From contig CM119267.1 of NCBI GenBank assembly GCA_051294375.1, positions 26,461,324 to 26,525,323 on the forward strand: 64,000 nt of DNA, in the 5' to 3' direction. Both the position numbers and the translations under genes were made by a program. This DNA is from Paraspadella gotoi (lineage: Eukaryota; Animalia; Chaetognatha). Shown piece after piece: positions 1 to 13,000 of this stretch. The number at the start of each line of letters is the position of its first letter. Within the stretch, counting starts at the first letter, position 1. The notes beneath the pieces are model-generated. The model ran no database searches. It was not told where the DNA came from and saw nothing but the letters and a program-made list of their open reading frames with translations.

Positions 1-222
1 CACACACTTCCCTACCAATACAAAATTTCATTCCAATCCATCAATCCAATCACGAGTAATTGGTGTTTTTTACTAAAGTGGGATGGACGGGCAGACAGAC
101 GGACGGACATCATTTTTTTTGCATAATTTCTGACATGATATAAGTGAATGCCCGACAAGATTAAGGGGGCGGACCGACAAAGTGAATTATAGAGTCGGGA
201 TCTGCTGATGAGCAGATCCGAC
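1..222 (-). mobile_element. DINE-1/HINE-like non-autonomous Helentron, 5' end fragment
   Basis: Terminal palindrome gtcgggatctgctgatgagcagatccgac and (GGAC/AGAC)n microsatellite, shared with other copies. Confidence 0.7.
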
Positions 223-420
223 AAAAAACGTTTTATTCATTTTTCGCGGCCTTAACATCTACTGGTTCATTTCCTGCGATGATACAACATAATATACAAA
301 AAAAAACTGAAAGATTCGAAATAAGAATGAAGTCCGCAATAAAAGACATACCTATGGGCCGAGCAGTTATTTTCTTACAATCGTTATTGAGCGCCCTTCC
401 CCGGCCGCGGCCGTGTGCAC

Positions 421-3400
421 CTCAATGAGATATTCGTAGATGTCGTTCCCGTAATCGGGAAAGTCGATAACGGGATCAACACTGGACACCGCAAGTTCCG
501 GAAGCGAACGTTCCAGTTGGAGAAGCGATGAATCCATTGTCATCGGGGATTCCTATAGAAAAAGACTAACCAATTTTCTTAATGTCTAATTTTATGTTTG
601 ACTTGCGGATAAGGCTCTCAGTGTGGTAAAGAGTGCTACCCGCAACTTCTTTAACCCCCCTAACGGCCATGGAACGGGTCCTTGGCATGGAACCAGGCTT
701 GGGGGTTTTCCAAGGCAGTTTACGGCCGTCCTCATGCTTCCCGCTGAGTAGGTACTACACTGTTTTTTTGACAATACTGTTCAGTTACTAAAATAATTTC
801 AAGTGCTTAAAAGTTAAAACGATTAAAAGTTGTCGTCAATCAGATTTCGCGTTAGACCCACACACAACTGACCGGAAGTTGACTACAACATGGATATTAC
901 TAAAAGAAGCAAATTATCATCTAAAATAGAATGTTAATTATTTTGATAAAAACTTTTTTTTCTGCAACTGTTGGTCCACATCCTCCAACAAATAAGGATG
1001 CTTCCACAGAGCCTCTGGGGATTGGTGCTTATAAAATCATGATTGGAATATAAACCTAGACGGTTTTATCAACTAATAAAGCAATTTTTGATTCCATAAC
1101 TCTTATTTTTTTATTTCTATAGGTGTCAAAAATTTAAAAAAAAATTCTTATAAACACGATATCTTAAAAAGTATTTGGTCAATCAAGATGAAATTTATTG
1201 TGTACTGTAATTCTTCCATATTGTGTACTGTAATTCTTCCATATTAGTTTCAAAAGATTCGTTTCTTAGTAGCCCAGGGATTTTTATCTTTAACTGTTAA
1301 AATTAAGAATTAATATCAAAAAACTAGAATAAAAAAAAAACAAGTTTGAGCAAACAATGTCGGATCTACCTACGATAATTAATTAATTAATCGATTAATT
1401 AATTAATTAATTTTAAAATGTAATAATTAATTTTAAATTTATATTCAACTTATCATCATCGATGTCCTTAAAATTGGGTTAGGACAGTTATTAAATATGT
1501 TTTGTTTACATTTTATCAAAACAAACAAATACAGAAGGCTTCATATTATAAAATGTGGTACCCCTTTTTTGTGACCAGAACACGTTCCGAGAAAACTACT
1601 GAATAGAATTTAATGAAATTTTGCATGCGGAGTACCAGCAGTGATACAAATGGAACTATCGAGGCGAATTTTTTACATTCCACCCCAAAGCTGAGATAAG
1701 GGGCCCAGAGGGGGCAGCCCCTTAGGGCCACAAATGGTCAAAAAAATTTTTTCAATATTTTTTATTATTTTTGTTTTAAACAGTTGCACAGACGTTTACT
1801 CTTCCACAAAAACGTATTTATTACCTCAAAAATATTCATTTAACTTAATTTTTAGCTTCATGAACATCAGCAGTTAAAGTCAGATTTGGAATAATTTGGG
1901 AAAATTTGAAGTAAAACGATGAACCATGCTTCTCTAACCATTAAGGCGTAGTAAAATTCCTAAGTTTAACTTTAATTAAAATTCTAAAAGTGAGGAACGA
2001 ACAACATTATACTTATGAACATTTATGCATAAAAAAAATTTATAATAAATTTTACAATTTACGCAGTAGGCCATATTTATACTAATACTAAACCAATAAA
2101 TGTTATAATTTCAAAACAGTTTTTTCTAAGATTTTTTAGCAGATTTGGATTTGTCATAAAAAGTTGATAAAAAGAAATATAACTCTTTTTGAAAAATTCC
2201 TTCATTAAGTGGGTCAAAAATTAGAAAAAGCTATATTTTAAGCTGAAAATTAATTTTTTATATATTAAATATAGTTTTTTTAATTTTTAACTCACTTAAT
2301 GAAAGAATTTTTAAAAATGATTTATATTTTCTTCTATCAACTTTTGACGAGGAATTCAAATCTGCAATCAAAATTAAGAAAAGCCCATTTTGAAATTTTT
2401 CGATTTTATAAGGATAGTACTATATATAAATATAGCCTACTGCGAAAATTAAAAAACAAAATTAATTTTTTTTTACAAATTAATGTTCACTGATGGTATG
2501 TTGTTCATAATTGACTTTTAGAATTTTTGTATGTAACTTTCACTACGCCTTACTAACCATGCTTAATTATTGCAAATTTATTAATTTTAGTTCATTTTAG
2601 CATTTTTTGGCCCCCCAGGGGTCCACCCCAGGGCCCTGTATCTCTTGTCAGGGGTTGAATATAAAAATTCGCCTCGATAGTTCTATTTATATAGTCATTA
2701 GCACTCTAAATGTAAAATTTCATTAAATTCTATTGGGTAGTTTGGTTGGAACAGATTCTGGTCACAAAAAAGGGGTACTACATTTTATAATATGAAGCCT
2801 TCTGTATCCTCTATTTTATTTTATGTCTCCTTCTCTCTCTCTCTCACTCTCTCTTTTTATACAATTGCGACGATCTTTATGCTTTAACATTTTTTTAACT
2901 TGCATCATTTTTAGTCGGATCTGCTTATCAGCAGATCCCGACTCTATAATTCACTTTGTCGGTCCGTCGGTCCGCCCCCTCAATATTGTCGGGCACTAAC
3001 TTATATCATGTCAGAACATTGAATTATGATAAATTATACAAAAAAAATGATGTCCGTCTGTCCGTCCCACCTTAGCAAAAAACACCAATTACTCGTGATT
3101 GGATGGATGGATTTGAATAAAATTTTGTGTGTGGATAGGTAAGTGTGTGATTGAGCTGGATATGAAGTTTCGATGGAATCGTCCGAGTGGAAATGAGTTT
3201 AAATGGAAAAAACAAAAAAAATATATTCACTATTTGAACACCAATTGCTCATGAGTGGATGGGCTGATTGACCTGGAATTTTGTATGTGGGTAGGAAAGT
3301 GTGTGATTGAACAGGAAATCAAGTTTCGATGAAATAGTTTAAGAGGAAATGAGTTTAAATGGAACAAAACAAAAAATATGTTTTACTAATTGGATTTATT

Positions 3401-4062
3401 CCTCTTCTCTTCTCTTCGCTTTTTGTCACTATAGTGTACTTATTCTCTCGCATACGGTATTAATCACATTATCCAATATAAATCTATTTCACTTTTACAC
3501 TATTTCTTTTCTATTTCTATAAAAACTCTTCTTGGGATATTTTCATATCCAGGGTTAGTTGGTATTAAATAAATTCATGAACCAACTAAGTCTCTTTACA
3601 CTCTTCTCTAATCCACGCTCCTTCTTATCCCAACACTCAACTCCCTCCGTTCCTCCCAGATCCCTCTAACCAGCTAACATTAAGCTTTCCAAATACTTGG
3701 AGGTTGGCGGTGGTTGGGTACTGGGATAGGTGTTAATTGTGTGCTGGTGTATGTGCATGTGAATCGTTGATCAAATGGTCTGCTGTACTTTTACCATTCG
3801 GACATAAAAGATATGATTTTGTATCTTGGTGGTTAGTAGAAATTTCTGTGTATGTGGATAATGAGTTTAAATGAATAAAATATGAGTCACATTTACTTGA
3901 ATCTTTTTATTTATTTTAACCCCGATAGATTGAGATGAAATTTTGTGAGCCGGTAGGAAAGTGAGTGAAGAAGCTAGATATAAAGTTTTGACGGAATGCA
4001 AGTTGAAAAAATGATGCAAGTTAAAAAAATCTTAAAGCATAAGGATCATCGTAATTGCATAA

Positions 4063-4098
<36 letters not shown>

Positions 4099-7000
4099 TG
4101 AGAGATAGGAGAGAGTGAGAGAGAGAGAAAAAGAAGGAGACATAAAATAAAATAGAGGATATTTGTTTGTTTTGATAAAATGTAAACAAAACATTTAATA
4201 ACTGTCCTGACTCAATTTTAAGGACATCGATGATGAAAGCTGATATATAATATTATAATTAATTATTAAAATTAATTAATTAATCTATTAATTAATTAAT
4301 TGTTTGCTCAAACTTGTTTCACATTAATTAATTAATTAATTAAAACATTTATTAGTAATCATTATTATTAAAGATTCAAGTAAATGTGACTTATGTTTTT
4401 TCCATCTAAACTCATTTCCACTGGCACAATTTCGTCAAAACTATATAATTATTTATATATTAAAAAATATTTAAAAGCTTCAGTGCAACAACTATGAACT
4501 AATTCAAAAAGTTACATTGAAATTGATTTAGTAGTAAAAGGAAAAAAAAATTTTTTTAAAGAGAACTAGAAGTTATAAAAAGTGCTCAATTTTGGCCGCC
4601 TTACTAGATATTAGGCCGGAACAGGTTGAAAACTAGAAGTTCTCTCAATAAATAATGGTTAAGCGACTATTAAATAATATGAAAATAATTTTTAAAATTT
4701 TGCTTATAAATTTTTTATAGATTCTGATAGAGCTATAAAAGTTAGATAAAGGTTATTAATATACTTTTTAATTTTTTTTTGTTTTATTAATGAAAAATTA
4801 AAAAATAATAAAATTCAGCAATAAAATGATGATGATGATTTTTTAAGGTTTTTTCTATTTTTAACCAATTTATTGTCAAAATTTGAAAAAATTATAGTAC
4901 TAACTTTCATTTATATTTTAAGCTCACAAGAACGTTCTTAAAAAAATCACATTTTTAAAATTTTTTTTGTCATTTGTTATATATTAATAAATATTTAAAA
5001 GCTTCAGTGCAACAACCCAATGAACTAATTCAAAAGTTACATTGAAAATTCTTTTAGTAGTAGAAGGAAAAAAGAAATTGAGAGAACTAAAGTTATAAAA
5101 AGTGTTCAATTTTGGCCCGCCTTACTAGATATATTGCATGTGATTAAACAATGTTATCGGAATAATAATTTTATCAATTTTATGTATTTTGTAAGTATTT
5201 TAAGTATTTTTTATCAGTGAGTAAAATAAAAATTTTTTATTCGCTAATTTTTATCTCGGACTCTCTCTCTTTCTCTCTCTCTCTTTGCAATTGCAACGAT
5301 CCTTATGCTCATTTTTCTGCTCTCTTTCTCTCTCTCTTTGCAATTGCGACGATCCTTATGCTCATTTTTCTGCTCTCTTTTCTCTCTCTCTCTCTTTGCA
5401 ATTGCGACGATCCTTATGCTTTTGGATTTTTTAACTTGCATCATTTTTCTGCTTGCATCATTTTTTCAACTTGCATAATTTTTTTAAATTGCATCATTTT
5501 TTCACAATTAATTAAATTAAAACATTTATTAGTAATCATAAATTAGTAATCATAAAAAACTTTATATCTAGCTACTTCACACACTTTCCTACCCGCTCAC
5601 AAAATTTCAATCTATTTATGAGTTAAAATAAGTAAAAAGATTCAATTAAATGTGACTCATATTTTATTCATTTAAACTCATTTCCACTCGTACGTTTCCA
5701 CCAAAAATATCAAGCATCGTTACACATTTTTCTACCACACAAAAAATTTGAACTCAATCTATCCATCCAATTATGATTAATTAGAGTACTTATTGGTTAA
5801 AATAATTAAAAATATTTTAGTAAATGCGACTTATGTTTTTTTCTTCTTAAACTCACACGATTCCGTCGAAACTTTATATCCAGCTTTATCACACACTTTC
5901 CTACCCACACACAAAATTTCTATTCTAATCCAACCAGCCAATCACGAGTTATTGGAGCTTTTTGCTAAGGTGGGACGAATGGACGGATTGATTGACTGAT
6001 TAATTAGTGAAACAGGTTTTTTGTTTTTTTTCCATTTAAACTCATTTCCACTCAAAAGATTCCATCGAAACTTGGTTTCCTGTTCAATCACACACTTTTT
6101 TACTCAAATACAAAATTCCAGGTCAATCGATAATTAAGTGGTAATAAGCTAACTTGGTCAACTTGCATAATTTAATCAACTTGCATAATTTGGTCAACTG
6201 ACATAATTTTGTCAACTGACATAATTTGATCAATCAAGATAATTTGGTCAACCAGCATAATTTGTCAACTGGCCTAATTTGGTCAACTGGCCAAATTTGG
6301 TCAACTGGCATAATTTGGTCAACTGGCATAATTTGGTCAACTTGCAGAACTTGATCAACTGGCCTAATTTGGTCAACTGGCATAATTTGGTCAACTGGCA
6401 TAATTTGGTCATTTAAGAATTTGGTCAACTGGCACATTTTTGTCAATTGGCATAATTTGGTCAATCAATCAATCAATCAATCAGAGAGAGAGAGAGAAAC
6501 TTTAAAAAATTCAAATAAATGTGTCTTTTGGTTTTCTAATTTGAACTCTTTTCCACTCCTATGATTCCATCACATACTTTCCTACCAACAACAAATTCAA
6601 TTCGATTTATCTATCCAATTTTTATATACATAATATTATGAGTAAATTTAAGTAAAAATGCTTCAAGTAAATATGACTTTTTTTTTCCATTTTAACTTAT
6701 TTCCACTCGCACGATTCCATCGAAACTTTATATCCAGCTCAATCACACACTTTCCTACCATCATACAAAATTTCAAGTCAATTGCCCTATCCACTCATGA
6801 GCAATTGGCGTTCAAATAGTGAAATATATTTTTTTGTTTTTCCATTTAAACCAATTACTCGACACGATTCCTCGAAACTTCATATCCACCTCAATCACAC
6901 AGTTTCTACCCACACACAAATTCATACCAATCCATCCATCCAATCACGAGCTTTTTGCTAGAGGGTGTGGACGGACACTGTCCGTCGGACAGACAGACGG

Positions 7001-10000
7001 ACAGACAGACGGACGGACGGACATCGTTTTTTTTTCATAATCATAATTCGATGTTCTGACACGATATAAGTGTGTGCCCGACAATATAGAGGGGGCGGAC
7101 CGACGGACCGACAAAGTGAATTATAGAGTCGGGATCTGCTGATAAGCAGACCCGATTAAAAACATTTTATAATTTTACATTGCTGTATTATTTATTGTAA
7201 TGAAGCTTGGTATGAGATACTCAATTTTTAGATAAGAGTCGTGTTAATCCTAAAACCCTTGGGACTAAAGTTAAATGAAACTGAATAGAAAAAATCTTAA
7301 AAGCATAAGGATCGTCCCAATCGCATAAGAAAAATCTGGATTGACAACAAATTTTGATACTAAAAAAAATAAAATTTGAGAAAAAAAAATTAATCTATAA
7401 ACAGAAAGAAAAATTCTATTTTGCGATTGTTTATTAAAAAAAATAATAAAGTACCGAGGAAAATTAAAGTTACAGTTTCTGAAAAAAAAACCTTTTTCAT
7501 TGTCAAAAAATAAACTGATCAGCAGACGCAGCCCCTGAGAAAAAAAAAACGAAATAAAAACCCGATGTTGCGATAGCAAAATGATAACATGCACGAATGC
7601 GATGCCTAATTTTACGAGTTCAATCCTAATTCAATTTTTTTAAAAATAAAAACAGAGAGAAAGAGAGAGAGAAGGTAAAACGTTTTCGGACGAATCAGCA
7701 GCGGCAGCAGCAGAACTTCTGCCAGAAGCAGCCAGAAAAAAAAGAAAGAAATCATAAGGCAGCAGAAACAGCAGGAGAAAAGAGAGAAAAAGAAAGAGCC
7801 CTTGCAGAGCCAGCTGCAGACTCGTATTTTTTCCGATTAATCAGCACTGGGGAAAAGAGAGAGAGATAGCTATATATAATTAAAAGAGAATAGAGAGAGG
7901 AGACATAAAAATAAAATAGAGGATATTTGTTTGTTTTGATAAAACGTAAACAAAACATATTTAATAACTGTTCTGACCCAATTTTAAGGACATCGATGAT
8001 GAGAAGCTGTATATATATTTTCAGCTTCGTACACCCAAATTTAATCATCAAAAAGGCAATCTCTAATTTGGAACGCCGACGACAATGCCGACGACGACGA
8101 CGCCACTTATGAGCAAAAGCGTTACAATATCGTCGCAAACTTTCATGAAAAACCAGTGAACACGTCGTAAAAAAGTGATTCGGCATTCCTGGAGATCAAT
8201 GCCCTCTGGAGGCCTAAGGGAAAACGAAGAGCAAGGTTTTTCTTAAAGAATTAACAAAAAAAAAAGAACAAAATGGAACGGAAGAGGTTTCGGGAAAAAA
8301 CCTTAAAGACTTCAGATATCATATTTTTTCAATATTTTTTAATTTTGTTATATGAAATTAATACAACCAATATATATTTGGGTAAAAATTAAGCTTACAA
8401 TAAATTATGGTTAAGAATAAATTAAGAATAAGTGTAAGTTAATTAGAAAAATAAATTAAGGTTAAAAATAAGTTGGGGGTAAATTAGGGTTAAGTGTAAG
8501 TTAGGGGTAAGGGTAAGTTTAGGTTAGGGGTAAGTTTGGGTTAGGGGTAAGTTAAGGGTAAATTAGAGTTAAATTTAAAATTAAGTTTCGGTTTAAGTAT
8601 ACAATAATTGAACATTTCAAAAACTAATTTTTAAATATTAATAAATTTATAAAAAATCTTAAAAGCATAAGGATCGTCGCAATCGCATAAGAAAAATCTG
8701 GATTGACGACAAATTTTTATACTAAAAAAAATCAAATTTGAAAAAAGAAAATTAATTTTTAAACAAAGAAAAAGAAGAAAAGAATAAATATAAAGAAAGA
8801 ATAGAAAGGAAAGAAATAATAGAAAGGAAAGAAAAAATAGAAAGGAAAGAAAGAATAAAAAGGAAAGAAAGAATAAAAAGGAAAGAAAGAATAAAAAGGA
8901 ATAAAAAGAATAGAAAAAAAAGAAAAAATAGAAAGGAAAGAAAAATTAGAAAGGAAAGAAAGAATAAAAAGGAAAGAAAGAATAGAAAGGAAAGAAAGAA
9001 TAGAAAGGAAAGAAAGAATAGAAAAGAAAGAAAAAATAAAAAGCAAAGAAATAATAGAAAGGAAAGAAAAAATAGAAAGGAAAGAAAGATTAGAAAGGAA
9101 AGAAAGAATAGAAAGGAAAAAAAGAATAGAAAGGAAAAAAATAAAAATAAAGAGTGACGAGAAGAAAGAACGAAATAAAACCCGATGTTGCGAGTTCAAT
9201 CCTCATTCAATTATTTTTTTTTTTTAATAAAAACTCAGAGAGAGAGAGAGAAAGAGAGAAAAAAAGAGAGAGAGAAGCCAAATCCTTTTTTGGACGAATC
9301 AGCAGCGGCAGAGGCACCCAGAAAAATAAGAAAGAAATCAAAAGCCAGCAGCAGAAGCAGCAGGAGAAAAGAGAGAAAAAGAATAAGCCCCTAAAGAGCC
9401 AGCTGCAGAGAAAGAAATCAAAAGGCAGCATAAGAAGCAGCAGGAGAAAAGAGAGAAAAAGAATAAGCCCCTGCAGAGCCAGCTGCAGACTCAAAAGGCA
9501 GAAGCAGCAGGAGAAAAGAGAGAAAAAGAATAAGCCTTTGCAGAGCCAGCTGCAGGCTCGTTTTTTTCCCCTATGATAGCCATAGCCGATGAAATTTAAA
9601 TGCTAATGTATACAGCGTTAAAATAATCTATCATGACCATAGATTATGGTATTAAAATATTTTTTGTCAAAAATGCTTTCTTCTCAGGGTACTAGCCTAA
9701 TTAAAAATATTATATTACTATATAGAGCAAAAAATATTTTTTTTAAATCTTAAAATTTTTTGATGGATTCTGATAGAGCATAAAAAGTTGAACAAAAAAT
9801 ATAATTACAGCTTTTAAAAATTCTTACGTTTTCTAAGTGAAAATATAGAAAAACTGATAAAATCATCAAAAGATGATGATGATTTTTTACAGTTTTTTTT
9901 ATTTTTGACACACTTATCGTAAAAAAATTTAAAAAAGAATCATACTTTGTGTAGACAACTTTTTATGAGCTATCTGAATCTGGTCTTAAAATTTAAAAAT

Positions 10001-13000
10001 TCTAAAAAAAATTTTTGGCCTTTCCTATCTAAAAATAAATATTAAAAAATTAATTACTAGGGTATAGAACCATATTAGAAATTTTTTGTCCATTGAAAGT
10101 ATTCTTAAAAATGTCTAAATATTCGTTTGAGCATGATTATGAATCAGTGATTAGGGAAAAGAGAGAGAGACATGTAATTAAAAGAGAAAAGAGAGAAAGA
10201 AAGAAATATGAAAATAAAAGAGAGAAAATTTGTTTGTTTTGATAAAACGTAAACAAAACATATTTAATAACTGTCCAGACTCAATTTTAAGCATATCGAT
10301 GATGAGAAGCTATATATAAATCTTCAGCTTCATACACCAAAATTTAATCATAAAAAAGGCGATCTATAATTTGGAACGCCGACGACAATAACGACGACGA
10401 CGACGCCACTTATGGGCAAAAGCGTTACAATATCGTCACAAACGCTAATCGATTGCGACGATAAAAATATAATAATAATATTTAAAAAGTAACAGAGTTT
10501 TTATTTATGATTACAATGTCAATGGTCATTTAATAATTCGGAGAGAGTGAGAGATATCAAGGGTAAAATTCCCTATCTCTCTATCTCTAAAAGTTAGTAT
10601 CCAAATATTTATTAAAACTATTAAAACTGATTGATGAAGGATCAAAAAACAAGAACCAAAACATATCCGAATTATTAAATGATCGTGGTTATCACAAATA
10701 AAAACTTATTTTATAAATATCTATTAAAGGCAATGAAAAAAAATTATAATTAAATTTTTTTAAGAATTAAAAAGAAATCCTTAGCTCGTGAAGCTTAAAA
10801 ACGTTTTTAATATCATTGTTGTTATGGTCTTAAATTTTCTTTTCCGTAAAGAAACGAACTTTATTTTTTCCTCTTTTTTCTCTTCTTTTTTCCATAAGCC
10901 TCCAGAGCGAATTCAACTCCGGGATCGTCAAGTGATTCTCTCTTCCGATGCATCCTGAGAGATGGAGTTGAGAGGAGGAAGAGGAGGAGAGAGGCAGGAG
11001 GAGGAGCAGTCTGCTCCTTCTGCTTTTCTCTTTTGTCTTTCTTGTGGACACACATTTGGAACAAAAGAGCATTGGCGTGGTGGAGAGGAGTTACATGATA
11101 GAATTAGTTCATCTCCTAAGAAGAAATCAGACCTCATTGGTCGATGGGGATCGATTGGCGAATTGAAAAGCCCTCGGGATGGTGTATTTGGCTATTCTTT
11201 TGTTGTTGCTTTTGTCATTGGGCTTGGCTACATCGGCCCGGAAGGAAAGCCCATTGAACGGCGCCGGCTGCGCAGCTTCGTTGTCTTCGTCTTCCAAGAA
11301 CCTAAAGATTCGCGGAGGTTGAGGAGTTGGGCGATTGGCGGCGGGCGGGTTATCGGCTGGAGCGGCAGCTGGAGCCGTGGAAGGAGCTGAGTTTTCGACC
11401 CCATTGATGAAAACAGTTAACGAGGATTTGCTCTGTAGCAGAACAATAAAGCATAAAAAACCGAACGTTTGGTTAAATTATAAATGATATATGACGCAAT
11501 GAAAAATGGCGTAGCGTAACAGTTGCAGGCATAAAAAAAAATTCACTGTTCGATATTAAGATATTCGGTTGAATTTTATAAAACATTTTATTTTTATGTA
11601 TTTATATAAAAAATGTCTTAATTTGTTTTTTAGATATGATTAATAAAATAGTAAAATAATACAATTTTTATAAAAAAATTATTTATTCATATTTATCATA
11701 AATATTATAGTAAAATAAAATGAAAATAGTATCAGAGCATTGTTTACTATTCTTTTCATCTTATTTTTTTAATACTGTTTGTTAAATATACTTAATACTG
11801 CATATTTTTAAAAAATATATTCTGTAATTTTTTCTCTTTTCGTTGTTCAATAAGATCAGCAGGTTTAAAAAACTAAAGTTTTAAGTATCTTTTACAACGA
11901 TTTTTATTACGGAGTATTGGACATGTTTCGACTCTTGTTTTTCGAGTCTTCATCAGCATTTGACAGTTGTAATTTTCACAATCATAAAGTTGAGGAGAGA
12001 GAGAAAGAAAAAGAGAGTTTCCAACAAAGAATTGAGAAAGGACAGTGGTCAGATTTTAGGACAGGTGAAGGTACGGACAGGAAAAAGGGGAAATAAGTTG
12101 ATTTTTGAAATGGTGAAAATGAGAGTGAGAGAGAGAAACATTACATTTTGAAATGTACAACAAAGATAAATGAATCAGTAAACTAAATGAATAATAGTAA
12201 CAAAGAAATAATAAATAATTGATTTAACTAATGGAGTATAAGTGAAAGTGAAAATTTGAAGAATAAGTAGTGAGGGATAGGTAAGTAAAGATTTTAGGGA
12301 AAAATTAAGTTAAGAAAGAAGCTCAAATTGAGCACTGGGCATCTTCCTAAGTGGATCACTACCCAATCCCAGAGAGTCGAACTCTATAAAAATATCTTCT
12401 CAGCCTATAACAGGTCAATGACCCGATCACATCGTCAACGTCCCCCATTTGCCCCATTCTTCAAATTTTCATTTTCACTTATACTCCATAATTAAATCAA
12501 CAATTTATTATTTCTTTATTACTATTATTCATTTATTTTACTGATTCATTTATCTTTGTTGTACATTTCAAAATGTAATGTTTCTCTCTCTCACTCTCAT
12601 TTTCACCATTTCAAAAATCAATTTATTTCCCCCTTTTCCTGTCCGTACCTTCACCTGTCCTAAAATCTGACCACTGTCCTTTCTCAATTCTTTGTTGGAA
12701 ACTCTTTCTCTCTCTCTCACTCTCTCAACTTTATGATTGTGAAAATTACAACTGTCAAATGCTGATTAAGACTCGAAAAACAAGAGTCGAAACATGTCCA
12801 ATGCTCTGTAATAAAAATCGTTGTAAAAAATACTAAAGACTTTCGTTTTCGAATCTGCTAAAATATATTCTATATATTTTTATCGAGCCTGCTGGCGAAG
12901 CCGGTCAGGGCTTGATTTTGTTTTGAGTAAGCTTCTTTGTGATGTCGTCGTCGTTATATAAAAACTACTATGGTTTTATAGTTTTGGCTGGGACTTGCCG

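Noticed and set aside
6234-6464. Repetitive ORF and CRISPR-like periodicity
   Set aside because: Tandem 18-bp minisatellite without unique spacers, inside a HINE; eukaryotic context
8460-8570. Interstitial telomere
   Set aside because: Degenerate 11-12 bp units inside a dispersed repeat that recurs at 31.5-31.8 kb
8759-9576. Hydrophobic or Lys/Arg-rich ORFs
   Set aside because: Translations of purine minisatellite and low-complexity repeats
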